64,000 nucleotides of DNA from Mytilus edulis (taxonomy: Eukaryota). How positions within the stretch are numbered: position 1 is the first letter of the stretch; every line of letters begins with the position of its first letter. The DNA is taken from positions 71,052,001-71,116,000 of the forward strand of contig NC_092348.1 of NCBI RefSeq assembly GCF_963676685.1. Direction: 5' to 3'. Below the pieces are notes generated by a model that saw only the letters and a program-made list of their open reading frames with translations, was not told the DNA's origin and ran no database searches. Positions 1 to 15,200 of this stretch are shown piece after piece. The translations under genes and the position numbers were made by a program.

Positions 1-191
1 TACGTAGTACATTTATAAGACAAGACAAGACAAATTCTGAATTTGTTTTGCCTTTTTTGTTACATTTTGCCATTGCCAAATTATAACTTCATATTAATAT
101 AAAACGTCCAGTTTTCCTTCTGCTGCATCAGCAGTTACAATTTACGTCTGTCATGGTTATATAATTTAAATATATTCTACATTTGACCCAC

Positions 192-262
192 CTTCAATGT
201 TCAAATCGTCATAAACATATGCTTCGTTCTTTCGACCAAGATCTTCATAATGTGTTCCAGAG
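192..262 (-). CDS. Gene A exon 15, ITAM-like repeat 3 (SSGTHYEDLGRKNEAYVYDDLNIE)
   Basis: 71 nt, ttacag acceptor, GTGGGT donor, phase 2-1; paralog 28684-28754. Confidence 0.88.
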
Positions 263-3200
263 CTGTAAATATAAGCAAAAGTAGTTTATCGATTTTCAAG
301 TCTCCTAATAGATAAAGATTAACAAAATCAGAGTTACAAAAACAACTAAGAAAGTCTAATAGGACCGATAGTTCGTCGAAATGATAACCTCCTATATAAC
401 CATCAATCTACTCTCAGTCAAAATCATATTCGAGAATAGGACACACGAGGTAAAAGTACGTATGAGATGACTTTTTTACTACATAATTAAAAATCTACGA
501 CTGCAAAAACATGTCACTAATAAGGTCAGCAAAGACTAAGAGTGTCTATCGATTTTTTTAATGGAAGCGTAAAACGTATGTTGTCGATGTAAGATCCTCA
601 ATGCTCTTCAACTTTGTACTTCTCTGGCTTTATATATATATAAAAAAAAAGGAGATGTGGAATGATTGCCAATGAGACAACTTTCCACAAGAGACCAAAA
701 TGACACAGTAATTAACAACTATAGGTCACCGTACGGCCTTCAACAACTATATAACTAATTTTATATGAGCGTCGCTAATGCGTCTTATGTAGACGAAACG
801 CGTGTCTGACGTACTAAATTATAATCCTGGTACCTGTGATAACTTTTTTAGTATTTTTTGCTAAAACAATATTGCAATATATACTGTGAACATGCACCAG
901 CGTATTGTACCATTTGGAATAAGTGAAGGTCAAACAATTGTCTGTTACTGAGAACATCATGTTTCTCATAGATTATAGTTCTAAGTCTTTCATATATGTA
1001 ATTTTTTTAGAAAAAAATTAAGGTATGAAGCAGGCCTTCTTGTTTTAGTAGAATTCCTAATTTCACGTAAAAGTACATTGTAAGATATTTTATTCTTTAG
1101 ATATTTGGGAATGATTTGTTTAAATTTTCCATAATAGTTGTACAACAATAAATCGGCTACTAAGGGTGCACAATAAATAATCATAGGAATACCGACTGTC
1201 TGTGTGGAATATATATCCATCAACTGCAACAAATATTTTGTTGATAAGAAAATTCAAGCAGTTAAACATACCATTGTCGATGTGTTTGGTCTTTAGCATC
1301 ATTCCGGTACTTAAAAGTAATATTTTTAAAACCTTAACACGAAATATGCGGGTACGGTTCTATTTTTTTAAAAGCTGTTCAGAGTTACAATGTATTAGAT
1401 CTTTCAACTAGTCATCGGGAAAAGGGTGCAAACCAGCAAAAAAACAATAATATTATGATATCAATGCAAAATGTAAAATTATTCATGATTTTAAATTTTT
1501 CATTAAATATTAAGGGTTTGAATATAACTCGTCATAATATCTAATGTTGGACATCTTGAAGACCTTGAAATATATCGTTCGTTGTATGGATTTTCGTGAA
1601 GTAATGTAATCTACTATCAGGACGGGAGATTTTCATCTTGAATAATACTTAGATACCATGTCGTCAATGAATGGGACTACATGCCCAGCTATACAAATAA
1701 CTCATATTATTGTTTCACCTTCACCGTCTATGACGTAACACTCTCGCAACATTTAATTACTAGTTTGATTTATGCCAGTCTCTATGTCTCTGGATAAGAA
1801 ACGTCTTTTTTTACTAACTGTAGGGAACTACCAAAGATAGTAACCTACATATCTTTAAAAAAAAGTGTCAAATTTCCAAGGTCACTAATATTATGCTGGT
1901 ACTTAGTTGATAACATTGACACTTTTAGAAAAGAACAGAAATTTAATTTACTGAAAGAGAAATAGGGGAAACCGTGTTGGTCTCGGGGAAAAAGCACAAG
2001 ATAATTCATATTGAAACTTCATTCACTCAAATTTTAAAATGGTTCAAAGCAGGCCTTTAGATAAATTTATTGATGGTTAAACAAAATTAGAAATTACCTT
2101 TGCCCTCCGATTTTCTGTGACTCTGCAAAATAAAAGAAATAACATATGTTATCACATCATGCAGGTGGTACTAAAACTGGAAATGTCCATATTACAATTA
2201 TTATATTTATTGTATCGTAGAAATAAAGCAATTTAATTGCACACGCGCAAGATATTTATTCGAAAAGTGCTAGATCACGTCAGAAATTCAAAGAAATTGC
2301 CCTGTGAAAAAATTTAAGTTAAGTTTCGTCTCTAATTTACCTACATTGTATCTGGCTAGGTGGTTTCATGGCAGTCAGCTCTCGTCCAAGAGTGTGATGT
2401 AGAGGTTCAAATCGCAGGCCAGCTCAAACCAAAGACTTTAAAAATTATATATCCTTCTTTGATTATACATAGCGCGCGGTTATTAGGAGGAAGAGCAAAA
2501 CATGGTCAGCTCAGTTAGGTGACATTGAATGTTAAAAATCTGGTTCAGTGTTTCGGTTTATTACAAAGCTTGGTTTAACTTAGATATCACATAATCTTTA
2601 TATAATCCTTAATATGCATTGTATCTGCCACTGGACGTTAAACAGTCATCTTTCCATCCATCCTTCAAGCTTACCTCTTTATTGTATACATTTTCAACAT
2701 TAAATGAAACATTTTTTTTTCATGATATCTCTTGTTTTAATAAATTTCATAGAGATAAATGTGACATCACCTTTTTTAGTTAAATCTTCATAAACATTAG
2801 GGACATCTTTTAATCCAAGTTTTTCATAATTTCTTGAGGACCTGTAAAATAAATTTATACACATATTTGTTTTTCTGTAGTATAAATATATGCTTATATA
2901 TATGTTGACTGAATATCATGAAAATGATACAAACTAAATAGAAATTTAACACATGTATCGAGGTTCCGGTTCCAAGAATGATGCATTCGGAATAGGGACA
3001 AAAATGTTCTTCTTATACACTTTTGTTTTCTCTGAAAAAATCTGTTGACTTTGGTTCGAAACATGTTTTGTTCCGCCTCACTTGTATTCTTATATTTCTA
3101 TAACTATATAACATGAAGGGAAGAGCACGATAATGACAGAAAAGTATAAGCTCTGTCTACAGATTTTAACATGTGACCTTTATTTCAAGTCTTTAAATAA

Positions 3201-6200
3201 AACTGAAAACGCAAAAAAATGAAAGAGATAATATATTTTGATTGTATAATAATATACCTTAGATCTCTGTTTGTCTGTAGAGCTGTAAGTTACAAAATAA
3301 ATATAAAACTGCATTACAAAAATCATACAACAGGCATTGGTGTTTGTATAAAAGATGTCAGTGGCATGTACCGGATAACCCTTTTGTTTAAGTACAAAAG
3401 CATTTGAACAATTAAATAAAAAAACCAATCATTCATCAATGAAACAAGTAAAATCTTCACTTTTATTCTTTGATATTAAAGTAACGACAGATACAGAGAA
3501 GAACGCACAATTCAAACTATATAATTTAATTTATCTTTACCAGTTTAAGCACTTGGAATGTATTTCATTTTTTATTTTAAATAAATGCCAAACCATTCAC
3601 ATCGATTTTGTTACGGGAACCAACATATTACTCCTGAATCAGCAGAGCATATTGTTTTCAATCATTTTATGAAATATAAATTCAAATAACCTGACCTCAC
3701 CTTCATTGCTCAAATTGTCATAAACATTTGGGACATCTTGCAGACCAAGTGCCTCGTAATGTTTAGTCGGACTGAAACAACAATGAATACAACAGAAAAT
3801 ATAAAATCAGATATGTAAATAAAGGCAACAGTAGTATACAGGTGTTCAAAAGTCATAAATTGACTGAGGAAAAAAACAAATACGTGTAAAACTATAAAAG
3901 GGGAAAATGGAACAACATGAACACTTAAGTGCAACATCAACAAACACCAATATATATAAAAACGAAAACAACTGTAATATTCATGACTTTGTACCGGACA
4001 TTTTCATGATTTTAAGCTGGTTCGAGACACATTCTTATGCTGTTTCAGGTCACTAATTCTTTGAAAAGGTTACATAAAAATAAATTTTAATGTTATCAAA
4101 TTAAAAGACTTTGGTTACGTAGTATACAACCAATAAATGCGACTATCTTAACTAACTACCTATAGTAGTGATCACATTTTGACCGATCTATAAAAATTAT
4201 AGCTTTGTATCCTTGCTCAAGTACTTTTAGTATACGGACATAATGTGTACTTAGTTGTGCAGTGTTTGAATGTGCTAAATACTTTTCTTTAAATGGTGTT
4301 GGTATGACTAAATAGTTTCACAAAACACTGGTTAAACTACACCATGTAACGCATCTATACTATCGGGACCACAGTTGCTCGTTATTCAGTGTGGTCGGCT
4401 AAATTAGTATGGCGTTCATTATCACTGAACTAGTATATATTTGTTTAGGGGCCAGCTTAAGGACGCCTCCGGGTGCGGAAATTTTTCGCTACATTGAAGA
4501 CCTGTTGGTGACCTTCTGCTGTTGTTTTTTTCTATGGTCGGGTTGTTGTCTCTTTGGCACATTCCCCATTTCCATTCTCAATTTTATAAATGTAATAGAT
4601 TTTTCTATATAAGTTGTAATTCTGGTTAACTGGTTTAATCATCGTGTTTTGTTTTGTTTTAATTTTGTCACTTGAAAATAATTCATCTATTGAACAAAAG
4701 GAAGAAAATCTAGTTAAAAATGTCGTACCTTTGATCCCTGTTTTTGCTTGACGCTGTCAAAAGACAAATGCAATATGTCAATGCACAGGCATATCTAATT
4801 GACAGTTAATCTACATATAGCTATTACTGAAAGCTACGGATGTTAAAGATTGGTCACCAAAAACAATGATAAAATACATAATAGGTTTGAGAAATAATCT
4901 ATTCATCTTCGATGATTACAACGACAAGTGATTTTCTAAAAAAGTTCTAGACCCCATTATCATTCATTTGTCTATCGTAGTCTGTTTTGCTGCATGTTGT
5001 TTGTCTCATTCGTGTATGTTTATCTCTTTTTAGATTTTACTCCCCTTGCGACATATTTATATATAAGACTTATATATACTTCAGTGTATACAATGAAAAT
5101 GAATTAGAGGTGGGGTCTATGACTACATGTGATTCACTGAGAAAATAATTTACTGCATGGTTATGCGATTTTCTGCATTTATTGATAATACAATTATAAA
5201 CAATTGCAAAATTGTAAACATTTCATAAATTTGTCATCTATTCATACCATTTTGTGCACCGCTGCTTTTTTGAACTTCTTCATAGTTGTGTGTGTGATCC
5301 TCAGTATCAGTCTTTTCGAATTTGACTGTGCTAAATATGTACAAACATTATTGTAATTTAGTTTTATGTTTCTTGTTTATTACCACAACTTAGTAACATG
5401 TACGATTCGGCAAAGAATAAAATAAACTAGTGACAACTGATGCGCTTTAAGAAAAAAGTATGTGCATTCGTTCTTCTTTTTCTGAGGCGATATGAGGATT
5501 CCAAACACATAAAAAACAGATGAATCTTATTGAATGCTGATGTTCTTGGTGAGTATGTATACTAAATAATAAAATTTCTAGCTGGTAAATGTTCTATAAT
5601 ACGTACTAGCTGTGAAGAAATAGTTCACAAAAATATTGAACTAAATTTTGCAATACTATTTTTAACAATTATATGACTGTGTCAGTATATGTTATTTGCG
5701 GTTTGAAAATAAAACTATTAGACTTTTCTTGTCTACAGATCTTGATATTTATATTCATCAATTGTCTTTGTTAAATTGCAAACGCACTTACGCTTCACAT
5801 CGTTGATGCCCTGAAAAAAATATGTTCGTATAAGATGGATGTCAAATCCTTAGTAATATATTTTAATTTCTTAAGCCATCAGGACGAAAAAGGTTAACTT
5901 CTTATTCGTGACATTTGATTCGAGCGTCACTGATGAATCGTTAGTAAACGAAACGCTCGTCTTGAATAACAAATCGTAGTCTTCGTATCTATGGTCAATG
6001 TATACACCTTATCGCTACTGTAAATTCAGAAATTATTGCGAGGTTTTTATTATTGCGAATAATGCGACTGAGTTGTAAACGCATTAATTCAAACTCGCAT
6101 TTTGTAATATTTTAACTGAATTAAGCATGACTTTTCTCAAAATTGTAAAAATTAAAATCGCATTCAAGTGTAAAATGACAAAATCGCAATAATTAATGCA

Positions 6201-9200
6201 CGCAATAATTTCTGAATTTACAGTATTTAGTCCATTCCTGGAAAAACAGTTATTTATACAACTTCCTGTTTAGGTCACCGGCCGAAACATGGAGGTCATC
6301 AGTAGTGAGCTGAGGGAGAAAAAACTTTAGAAAGTGATCATCAAGAAACTTTGATATAGTATGATCCACTTTTTTCGAAATTAAAATTGAAGTAAAAAAA
6401 TATTTTGTTTGAAGTATTTACGGTAGTTTAAACAGGTCTCATTAAAAAGTATCATGCATAGTGAATTGTTTCAACAGGGTCCCAGATAGCTTCAACTGGA
6501 TGAAAAAGTTGTGTAATTTTAGAACTTATCCGGAATGGAATAAATAGCGATTAGGTGTATTGTATATGAATATAACACTATACAAGATATGTAAAAGAAG
6601 CCAAAGAGTCATTCAAACTCATCAGTCGGAAATAATTGTCAACGCTATGAAAATAAAAGACAAAGATCAAATGAAAAAGAAAGATGTTGTGCGTCCGACG
6701 CCATTTTTTAAAATTAATTGATGGGTAAACAGACAAATTCTAAACCAAAGGATATATACATTATTGAGTACATGAGACGCTAGACGTCGTTTAGTCGTTG
6801 TTTAATTTTAGATTGTTGTTTGTCATTATGTCGTCTAATCTTTTAATTACCAAACGTGACTTATTCCCGATTGTGACTGTTTTGCTGAGTGTGAATTCGC
6901 ATTACTATAAGACGTGTTACGGTACTTGTCTATCCCAAATTCATGTATTTAGTTTAAATGTTTAATGTTGTATTTAATTCTCATCGGATTTTGTCGAATG
7001 TGTTGACTTCTTTTCTATTATATTTATGTGTTATGGTAAATAATATTAATCACCGCATTCATTTATTAGATTTCAATTTGTTCAACGTAATCAGTGCGAT
7101 ATTTTACGTTTGAAGTGAGATTCAAAACAAACCGGACATAGCTTTATAATATAGTTAATTGCTGCCTTAGTTTGCTATAAATAAATATTGAAATGTGCAT
7201 TGTTATTAAGTGCATTATCAGTATTTAGTTCAAATGTAATCTTGGGTCAGTCCTAGTTCTATCTTATTCATTCAAATAACGTCATTTTCTATTTTTTGAT
7301 GATCTGTTTTACAAATTCAAATGACGTCATAATTTTTTTGTCATTTTTTCCAATTTCAAATATGACGTCACTTGGCGTTTAGGTTTAAACATATTCGGAT
7401 GTGTCTACATATTGTGTTGCAAATGTCTGGTTATGTACTGTATTTCAGTTGTTTCATGTAATTAGTCAATATTTCAGTTCTATCATGTACAGCTTTTGTT
7501 TATTAATTTTATAAATTTACTGTTTGCAAAAGTATAAATTATTCTAAATGATAAGGATGTTCTGGTAACTAACGGAAAACCCTGGCCGTTTTTGGCACAA
7601 CTTTTTTGATCTTTTGGTCCTCGATGCTGTTCAACTTTGTGCTTGTTTCGGCTTTCAAACTTTTGTATCTGGGCATCACTAGTAGATCTTGTGTGGATAA
7701 AATGCACTTCTGGCGTATTAAAATTTTCAACTTGTTGCCTTTTGTTGGCTGTTGTTCGTGTGTTTCTTTGTCAATTGTATTCTCCAATGTATTTATATTG
7801 TAGTCCTGTAGTGTTGAGTTGTCATCTTAATGTTATATTTCACATGGCTATAAAAGGGGAGGTTTGGCATGCCACAAAACCAGGTTCAACCCGCCATTTT
7901 TTTCTTTAAAAATGTCCTGTACCAAGTCAGGAATATGGCCATTGTTATATTATAGTTCGTTTCTGTATGTGTTACATTTTAACGTTGCGTCGTTTGTTTT
8001 CTCTTATTTTTGAGTGTAAATTCACATTGCGATAAGACGTGTCACGGTACTTGTTTTAATTTTTTATTTTTAAGAGCCCAGGACGTAAAACATGAAAGAG
8101 TGAGTAACTCGAACTACGTTTAGATACTGCGCTGATCTTAACATTATTCGGAAGGGTAATTAAATCCTGTTATGTTCTAGCGATACCAATAGACAACTTT
8201 CGAGTTCGATGCATTTCCGTCAAAAACTTTGGTATTAGTGCACGTCATTTGTGTGTTTAGGAGCATCGTCTTTTCCGTTCCAATGTTGAGCGAGTGGTTG
8301 GAAAACTATAATGTTATATTGTACAAATTCTTCTGCAAATTGAATTCTTATAATCAACAATCAGCACTGCTGTCATTAGGAAATAGTGATTAGTACCTAC
8401 AGAACAATTATTATTTCTAGTTTATACTGCACAATGACGATCATTGAGACGCTTGATGAACGTTAATAGTGCAGGGATACAGGTGATCCCCTCTATCTTG
8501 CAAATGACGTCATAAAGGCGCGCATATTGACAAGTTCTGGTGACGGATGAACTCGAAAGTGGTCTATTTGTTTATTTTTTCTCTGTTATTTTTTGTAACT
8601 TTAAAGCGTGCCGATTTAAATTTCGTCTATATCTAAATTTATTAGTATATCATAACGACCTTCGTCCCTTTAAAACTCTTTTGACTTCTTTATTTTATTA
8701 TGTAAATCTCGATTTAGTGTATATGCAAAACATGTAGACAGAACTAAAGTTAAAATGATGGTTGACAAGCTTTCTCGTTTGATAAAACATGTACTTTGTT
8801 TGATGTATAAAAAAGCACTGCATGTTAAATATCACAAAACCCAAGTTCAATATGTCTTACCTTTTCGTATCCTAATGATAAGACAAACCAAAAGCACCAT
8901 TAAAACAATTAAAGCCACCAGGCTCCCACACACAGCACCAATAATTACACCTGATGACAAAGTTGCTGGTTTTGTTGTTGAAGCTTAAACAAATAGAAAG
9001 CATCCGTTCAGTGTTTACCTAATGGTATATATTCTATGACTTCAATTAAAGAAACTATTAGCAAATAATGAACAGTTATAAGAACAAAAGAAGTAACATA
9101 TTGAATTTTCCATTAATATTTTTGGTCGATGTTTATAATTATCGAATGCCGTAAATTCACCATATATATGACCAGAACAATTCATCTGAACCGAATGGAC

Positions 9201-12200
9201 ATTCCGTTACAATGAGCTAAATACATATAATCATCAAGAAATGAACAATTTACATTCGCAAATGCAAATTCGTTCACTTTGGTACCACGAAAGATTTGTA
9301 TATCACTGACACAAATTAAAGGACAAAGATCACTATTTATATTTGATTTCAGTACAATGAGATGTGTTATTGTATTGTAATTATTATAATTATTTATGTT
9401 GGCCTGATTACTGTTGTTTGGCCTGATAGTTGTTTACAGAATAATCTTAGAACTGTGCAGTTTAGAAATTACTGGAACAATCATAGATACTGATGGAATG
9501 AGTAGAACTTTTCATTTAACTTACATAATGCTCCCAGAATGATCCTTATAAAAGATGCGTTATTCAAACTTCTAAAAGTTTCTAGAATCTTCCGTTCTAG
9601 TTTTCCAGAGCATTCTGTTTCTACAGTGTTCTAGAGATTTCCGTTACAACTATATATATACAGACGCTAAAGTAAAACTTTCAGACTAAGACATCGATAG
9701 ACATTAGTATTCACAGCATTTGAATTGACACTTTCATTCTACATTGTACAAACAACATCATACTAGATTGTGACCTTAGTAGTGGACGTAATAGTCTGAT
9801 TGGATTCCCGAGAAGATTTCCGGATACCGATAAAGATTGGACTCATATTTTGACAGTTAAGTTGACAGTTATATTTGTGTTATACTTCTTATAAACTTTT
9901 GTATAATAAAACTTGTTAAATTTTATTATCGATTTGTGTCTTTTGTTGGCTGAAATTTAAAGGTGATTTCTGACCGTAACATATGAAATAATGTATAACA
10001 GAAAATATATCAAATTGATAACTATCGGCTGGTCAATTTTTGGGCATACAATCGGCCGGTTGTTTATAACAAATAAGCAGCAACCAATTCGTTTAAACCA
10101 CAATTTGATATATTTGGAACTCATAGCAGTTTTCGCAGTTTGACAAAGTTTGACCGAAATATTTCGTTGTTCTATGCCTTTTCACTTTCTAACTGGATTA
10201 GATACAGTATCACTTTATAGACTTAACTCATACTTTCTCTTCTGAAGTTATAGTAGTTATTGTTTCGAAAATATACCTTTTGTAGAAAAGTGTTTTACAT
10301 TCTTGTATGAACAAACTACCTAATAATTATACGTTGAAACTATTAATCATGTGAATAGAAAAATAAAAAACAAAACATCATTTTTGAAAAAACAATGTCT
10401 ATTTTTTGTCGTTCTCTCATGTTCCCAAACAATTCATATGTCAGTTAATGATGTTCATTTTGTAAAATACAAGTAGTCTTTTTAAAGTTATAATACACGA
10501 TATACTTTGAACTTTATTAATCTATAATCATATATGGGGTTTTTTTGTAAGTTAGTTATGTCTTACTTGATAGTTCCAAAACCACAGTGTGTTCTACAGA
10601 TTTTCCAATACCATTTTCTAATATTAAGGTATAATTAGTGAAGTCCTCCTTTGTTAAATCATTAATTGTTAGAATTGATTTATAGCCATCTACTTTGACA
10701 GTTTTTCCATGGACAACATCTTCCACCTCGGTAAGGGATTCCGAAAAAAGAAATTTGGTTGATGTTTGAATCTGTTTTCCTTTATTGAACCATGCATTGT
10801 AAATGAACTTAGGAACACTGAACACGTGAACAACTATATGAACAGTTGTACCAATATCTCCATACTGTATATTTCTTGCATCGTTGTCTGAAGTAAATAC
10901 TGGTTGTGCTACATAAAAAAAGTAAGTATCACAGACTCATCAGTGAGTCTCAAATAAAAAAAAATAACTCTAAAAAATGAAGGAGCCTCGGAATGTAAGC
11001 TTATCCCCTAATTGTGTAAGCCTTTCTGTAAAAAAGTGCTGAAGAATAAATGCAATACAAGTGGGTAAAAATTCATCCGAAAAACTGAACTTTGACAACA
11101 TTACATGTAGCTAATTCGACGTCAAATCCGATTTAAATGGTAAAGCTAAGATTTGAAAATACATGTACAGTAATGATGTAGGTTCAACATTGTTCAATCT
11201 ATCCATGCGATTCAAGTGAACTGGCTCAAATCTTTCAGATAGAGTAAACCTCAACTCAGCATAAAAACAATCACTTTCCTTTCTTATTGTTTAAGAACGT
11301 GAACGATAATTATATGCAAATGCTATGTTAGTTTTGTATATTGTGTTTTGTAGTCTGTTACGTTTTTTTTGTGTGTCTTTTTCGTTGTTAGTTTGTCACT
11401 GTTTTACAACTTTTGATATCTTCAATGTATGTGTTGCCTCTCTTTTACATCAGCTGAAGAGGTTACGGAAAACTTGAGAACATTGGTTGCAATTAATGAA
11501 TCCTAGCACAACCGTTGATATAGATGAACATCGATTTCAAGATAGTGACATGAATTGTTGTTCTTCAATTGAGTACAAGATCAAATAGATGCAATCATTG
11601 GCGAGCAGTTTAAAGCATTTGCAATACTTTATTTCATGAAATACAAATAATTGTATAACAACTAATCAGAGAATACCATAAACAGTCATTTTTGCCGCCC
11701 CTTGCCGCTTCTCTACTCCATCCGGTCCTTGAATACCATTACTAACTGTACACACATATTCACCGTTGTCTTGATATCTGAGTGTTGTTGGAACTAAAGG
11801 CAGTGTAAGGATAGTGTCCCCGTCCAGTTCTCGAATTATGTGTCCGTACAAAGACCTATGCTGCCACTTATAAAAGGTGTATGTATCAGGATAACCATCA
11901 GCTGTACAATTTATTATTCGTGTTGGATCAGTCATTTCATAGGTGACATTATAAACTGAAACATCTGGCGGAACTGTAAGAAATTCAATTCAAATTCAAG
12001 TAATCGCTTACACCTCTTTTAAATGTTCATATGATAATCTGATGAAAATATGATAACACATTTGAAGACCATTATCAAGGAAATATTTTGTTCCTATATT
12101 CTATAAAATACTCAATAACGCAATTTTCGATTTAAGAGTTTTTGGATAAACTGAATGAATTGCGTCAATCCATTAATTCTTGTAAAGATTTGACAACACT

Positions 12201-15200
12201 TGTTTCATAGAATTATTTGAAACATTCAATACACAAACTGATAAAACATGCAAATGTAAATGTTTTCTGTTTTACGGTTTTCCCTTTACTGATCACGCTA
12301 ACATATGCTGGCACAAAAGTAAAATTGTTATCATAAGTTCATTGAGTGATAAAACATTCATTTATACTAATACAAAAAAGAAGCTGTAATATGATTTTCA
12401 ATGAGAAAACTCTTCAAAAGATACCAAAAAACTAAAAATATTATAATAACTAATCATAATGTATTAAATTGGATGGTCTGTAAAACATGGTAAAGTCTTA
12501 ACATTTAAAAAAATACGAAACACCTAAAATCAAGAAACCATATTGTTAGATAACTTACATCTTACGAATAAATTTATCTGGTTTAAAAATCCACCAATGG
12601 TGTTGTTTGCTATACATTTTATCGACTGTAAGTTGAAATTTCTGTCCACCGTATATGTTAATGTAGATGTCACCGTGAACGTTTCATCGACCCCTTGTTT
12701 TTCTTTGGATAATGCTAAATTTGTTACATCAGTTTGGCCTATTATCCACCAAATGGCGGCAACAGGACGGCTCCCGGTTGATGTACAAGATATAGAAAAT
12801 GGAACCATCTCAAATGTATTTACGAGCGATGCACTGAACACTGGCATTAAAGGCATTACTGAAATTAATTACGTATTAGAATGATTATTGACATTTAATT
12901 AACATTGATATCCGTCTGTACAGGTGTGTGCTTATACCTTGGTGGCATTCGTCAGTTTTCTGCTCTTTATTCGGGTGTTGTCTCTTTAACACATTCTCTT
13001 TTTTTTATTTTCAATTCTATTATCTGCATATTGATAGTGCATAATATGGACTGCAAGTCAAAATTTGACGTTTTTTGATGTGTGGATGAAGTGAACTAGT
13101 TAACAGAAATACTTCATATGTGTCAAGTTTCAGTATGATAAGTATCTAACAATCTATTTAAAGGATTGAAGTCATGGTATTGCCAATGTTATTTCAACTG
13201 ATCGGGCGGAGCTTACGTTTTAATTTGTATAAGGACAGTCTATTTGACGATGTGTGTGATTAGGATGATTGCCGTTATAATTATTACTGATTTCTTATCA
13301 CCTATCAGTGCCATCAAAGGAATTAACAAAAGAATAACTGGACACTTCATTGATGAGTTATCCTAAAACACATATCTATAGATGGAATGGTTTATTATGA
13401 GCGAAACGGTTAAACTCCGCCCAGTCAAGTGAAATAAATTGAGTAATAGTTGTGTGTAGGTTTTTTAAGATAAAACAATAGAACTTTTTAGGAGAAATAT
13501 ATAAGGGTAAAGGGGTTCAAAGATCCAACCAGCTGTTGTGTGATGGGTTTTTTTTTAAGTAAAATAAAAATAACATTATTGATGGGGGAAAATGCCGGGT
13601 AATTGAAAGTATCAACAATTCTTTGTTGTTGAGAGGCGAAAAGACTATCCGAATATTTAGCATGCTTTATGACATGGTAGTCTATAGTTAGTTATCACTG
13701 ATTGAGGAGTAATTAAAATTCATTCATGGAACAAATGTCTGCTTTTAAATTGCAAAATTATTGTTTTAACAGAACATTACAGTTTAATATGGAATGATGT
13801 TTCCAAAAATGTGGCCAATGTCTGAAATATTTGTATTTTTTTTATGTTTTTTAACCTTTGTAGTAATAATAAAGCTCTTAATATATCCAAAAGAGAAAAA
13901 AAAATCTAAACTTTAGCAGAAAATTCCCCAATGTCAAACTTATGCTTGTTACAAGATGTGGTTCTCTTATATATATCTTTCATAGTTTATATGTCTCTTT
14001 TAATCTTTGTTTCATTATTATAAAAATAGTCGTATCATTTAAAATATTAAATATTCATAGCTTATCCTATAATATAACTTTCCGTCGAGCAGCACCCTGA
14101 AGGAAATTAGGCTGACAATTTTGTAACGGGCCATAATGTTATATTAATCCATATTGAAAAAAATGGCACATTTCATAAATGATCAAATTATGAAAGTTTA
14201 CAAAGTGTACACAAGAAACAAGCTATTAGAAGTTCTTAAAATAGTTATCAATAAACCTATATAACAAGTAACCCGTTTCTAGTACTTTGTGCTAAGTATT
14301 TAAATTTGATGACCATGATATTCCTCATCAATCATTCTGTGCGACTATAATTGGGCATATTCAGTTATCTTATTATAGAAATAAATTTGATACTTACGAT
14401 GAAGATATATTAAAGCAGTAGTTGTCATTGGAATATTCAAAGCAGCACTAATTGCTATACATGAAACATTTGTTGTATCATAAATTCTAGGTATGTTTCG
14501 TAAAACGTATCGCAATTCCTGGAAGCCAGTTTGAACAGTTGTACCAAGTACTACAAGGGATAATATAGGAACAGGAACTCCCTGAACAGCAATACATTCA
14601 ATAAGCAGATCGTGTCCTTCTGTTCCAATCAAGGTGTTATCTGTAGAGGCATTTTGAATAGTCAAACGCAAAGGCTGCTCTAAAGAAAAAAAAATATTGA
14701 TTTATTTGTTTTAACTATATTTTTTGTCTGCATTGCTTTTTTAATTATGTTTTTAAAATTTTTTGGAAGATAGCCAGAAAGATTGTTTCGCTAAAGTGTG
14801 ATCAACTTGAGTGGTTTGATTCAATTTTTTTTAATTCAAAACAAGTTTGCGGTTACTATTATCATAGCAAATGGTAATTTGTATGGGATTCGAAAAATGT
14901 GTCCGGGAAGGTAATATCTCTTACTGTGGATTATTATTTGTTGCAATAATGCCTACGGTATTGATTACTCAATGTGTTAGTCTAGAACTAACATATCTCA
15001 ATGATATGTACCGACCTGCAAATATATATTATATTTCTCAAACTGTCACCAATAGCTAATTTGTCAAAGCGGGTATATGTTACAAGCATTTTCTCAATTT
15101 AGGCATTATGTCAAATTACTGACATGTTTATGCATATTTTAAAATGCCTTAAAAAGTCATTTTGTAAAATGCCTGAGATTTTAAATATTTTATTTTAAAA

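Noticed and set aside
10583-10589. CACAGTG heptamer suggesting V(D)J-type recombination
   Set aside because: Inside a coding exon, no nonamer at 12/23 spacing, not conserved in gene B; D1 exons are complete domains.
12543-12884. Plus-strand 113-aa ORF, and similar ORFs at 8755-8988, 40196-40441, 54816-55103, 58353-58685, 63099-63323
   Set aside because: Antisense shadows of real exons.
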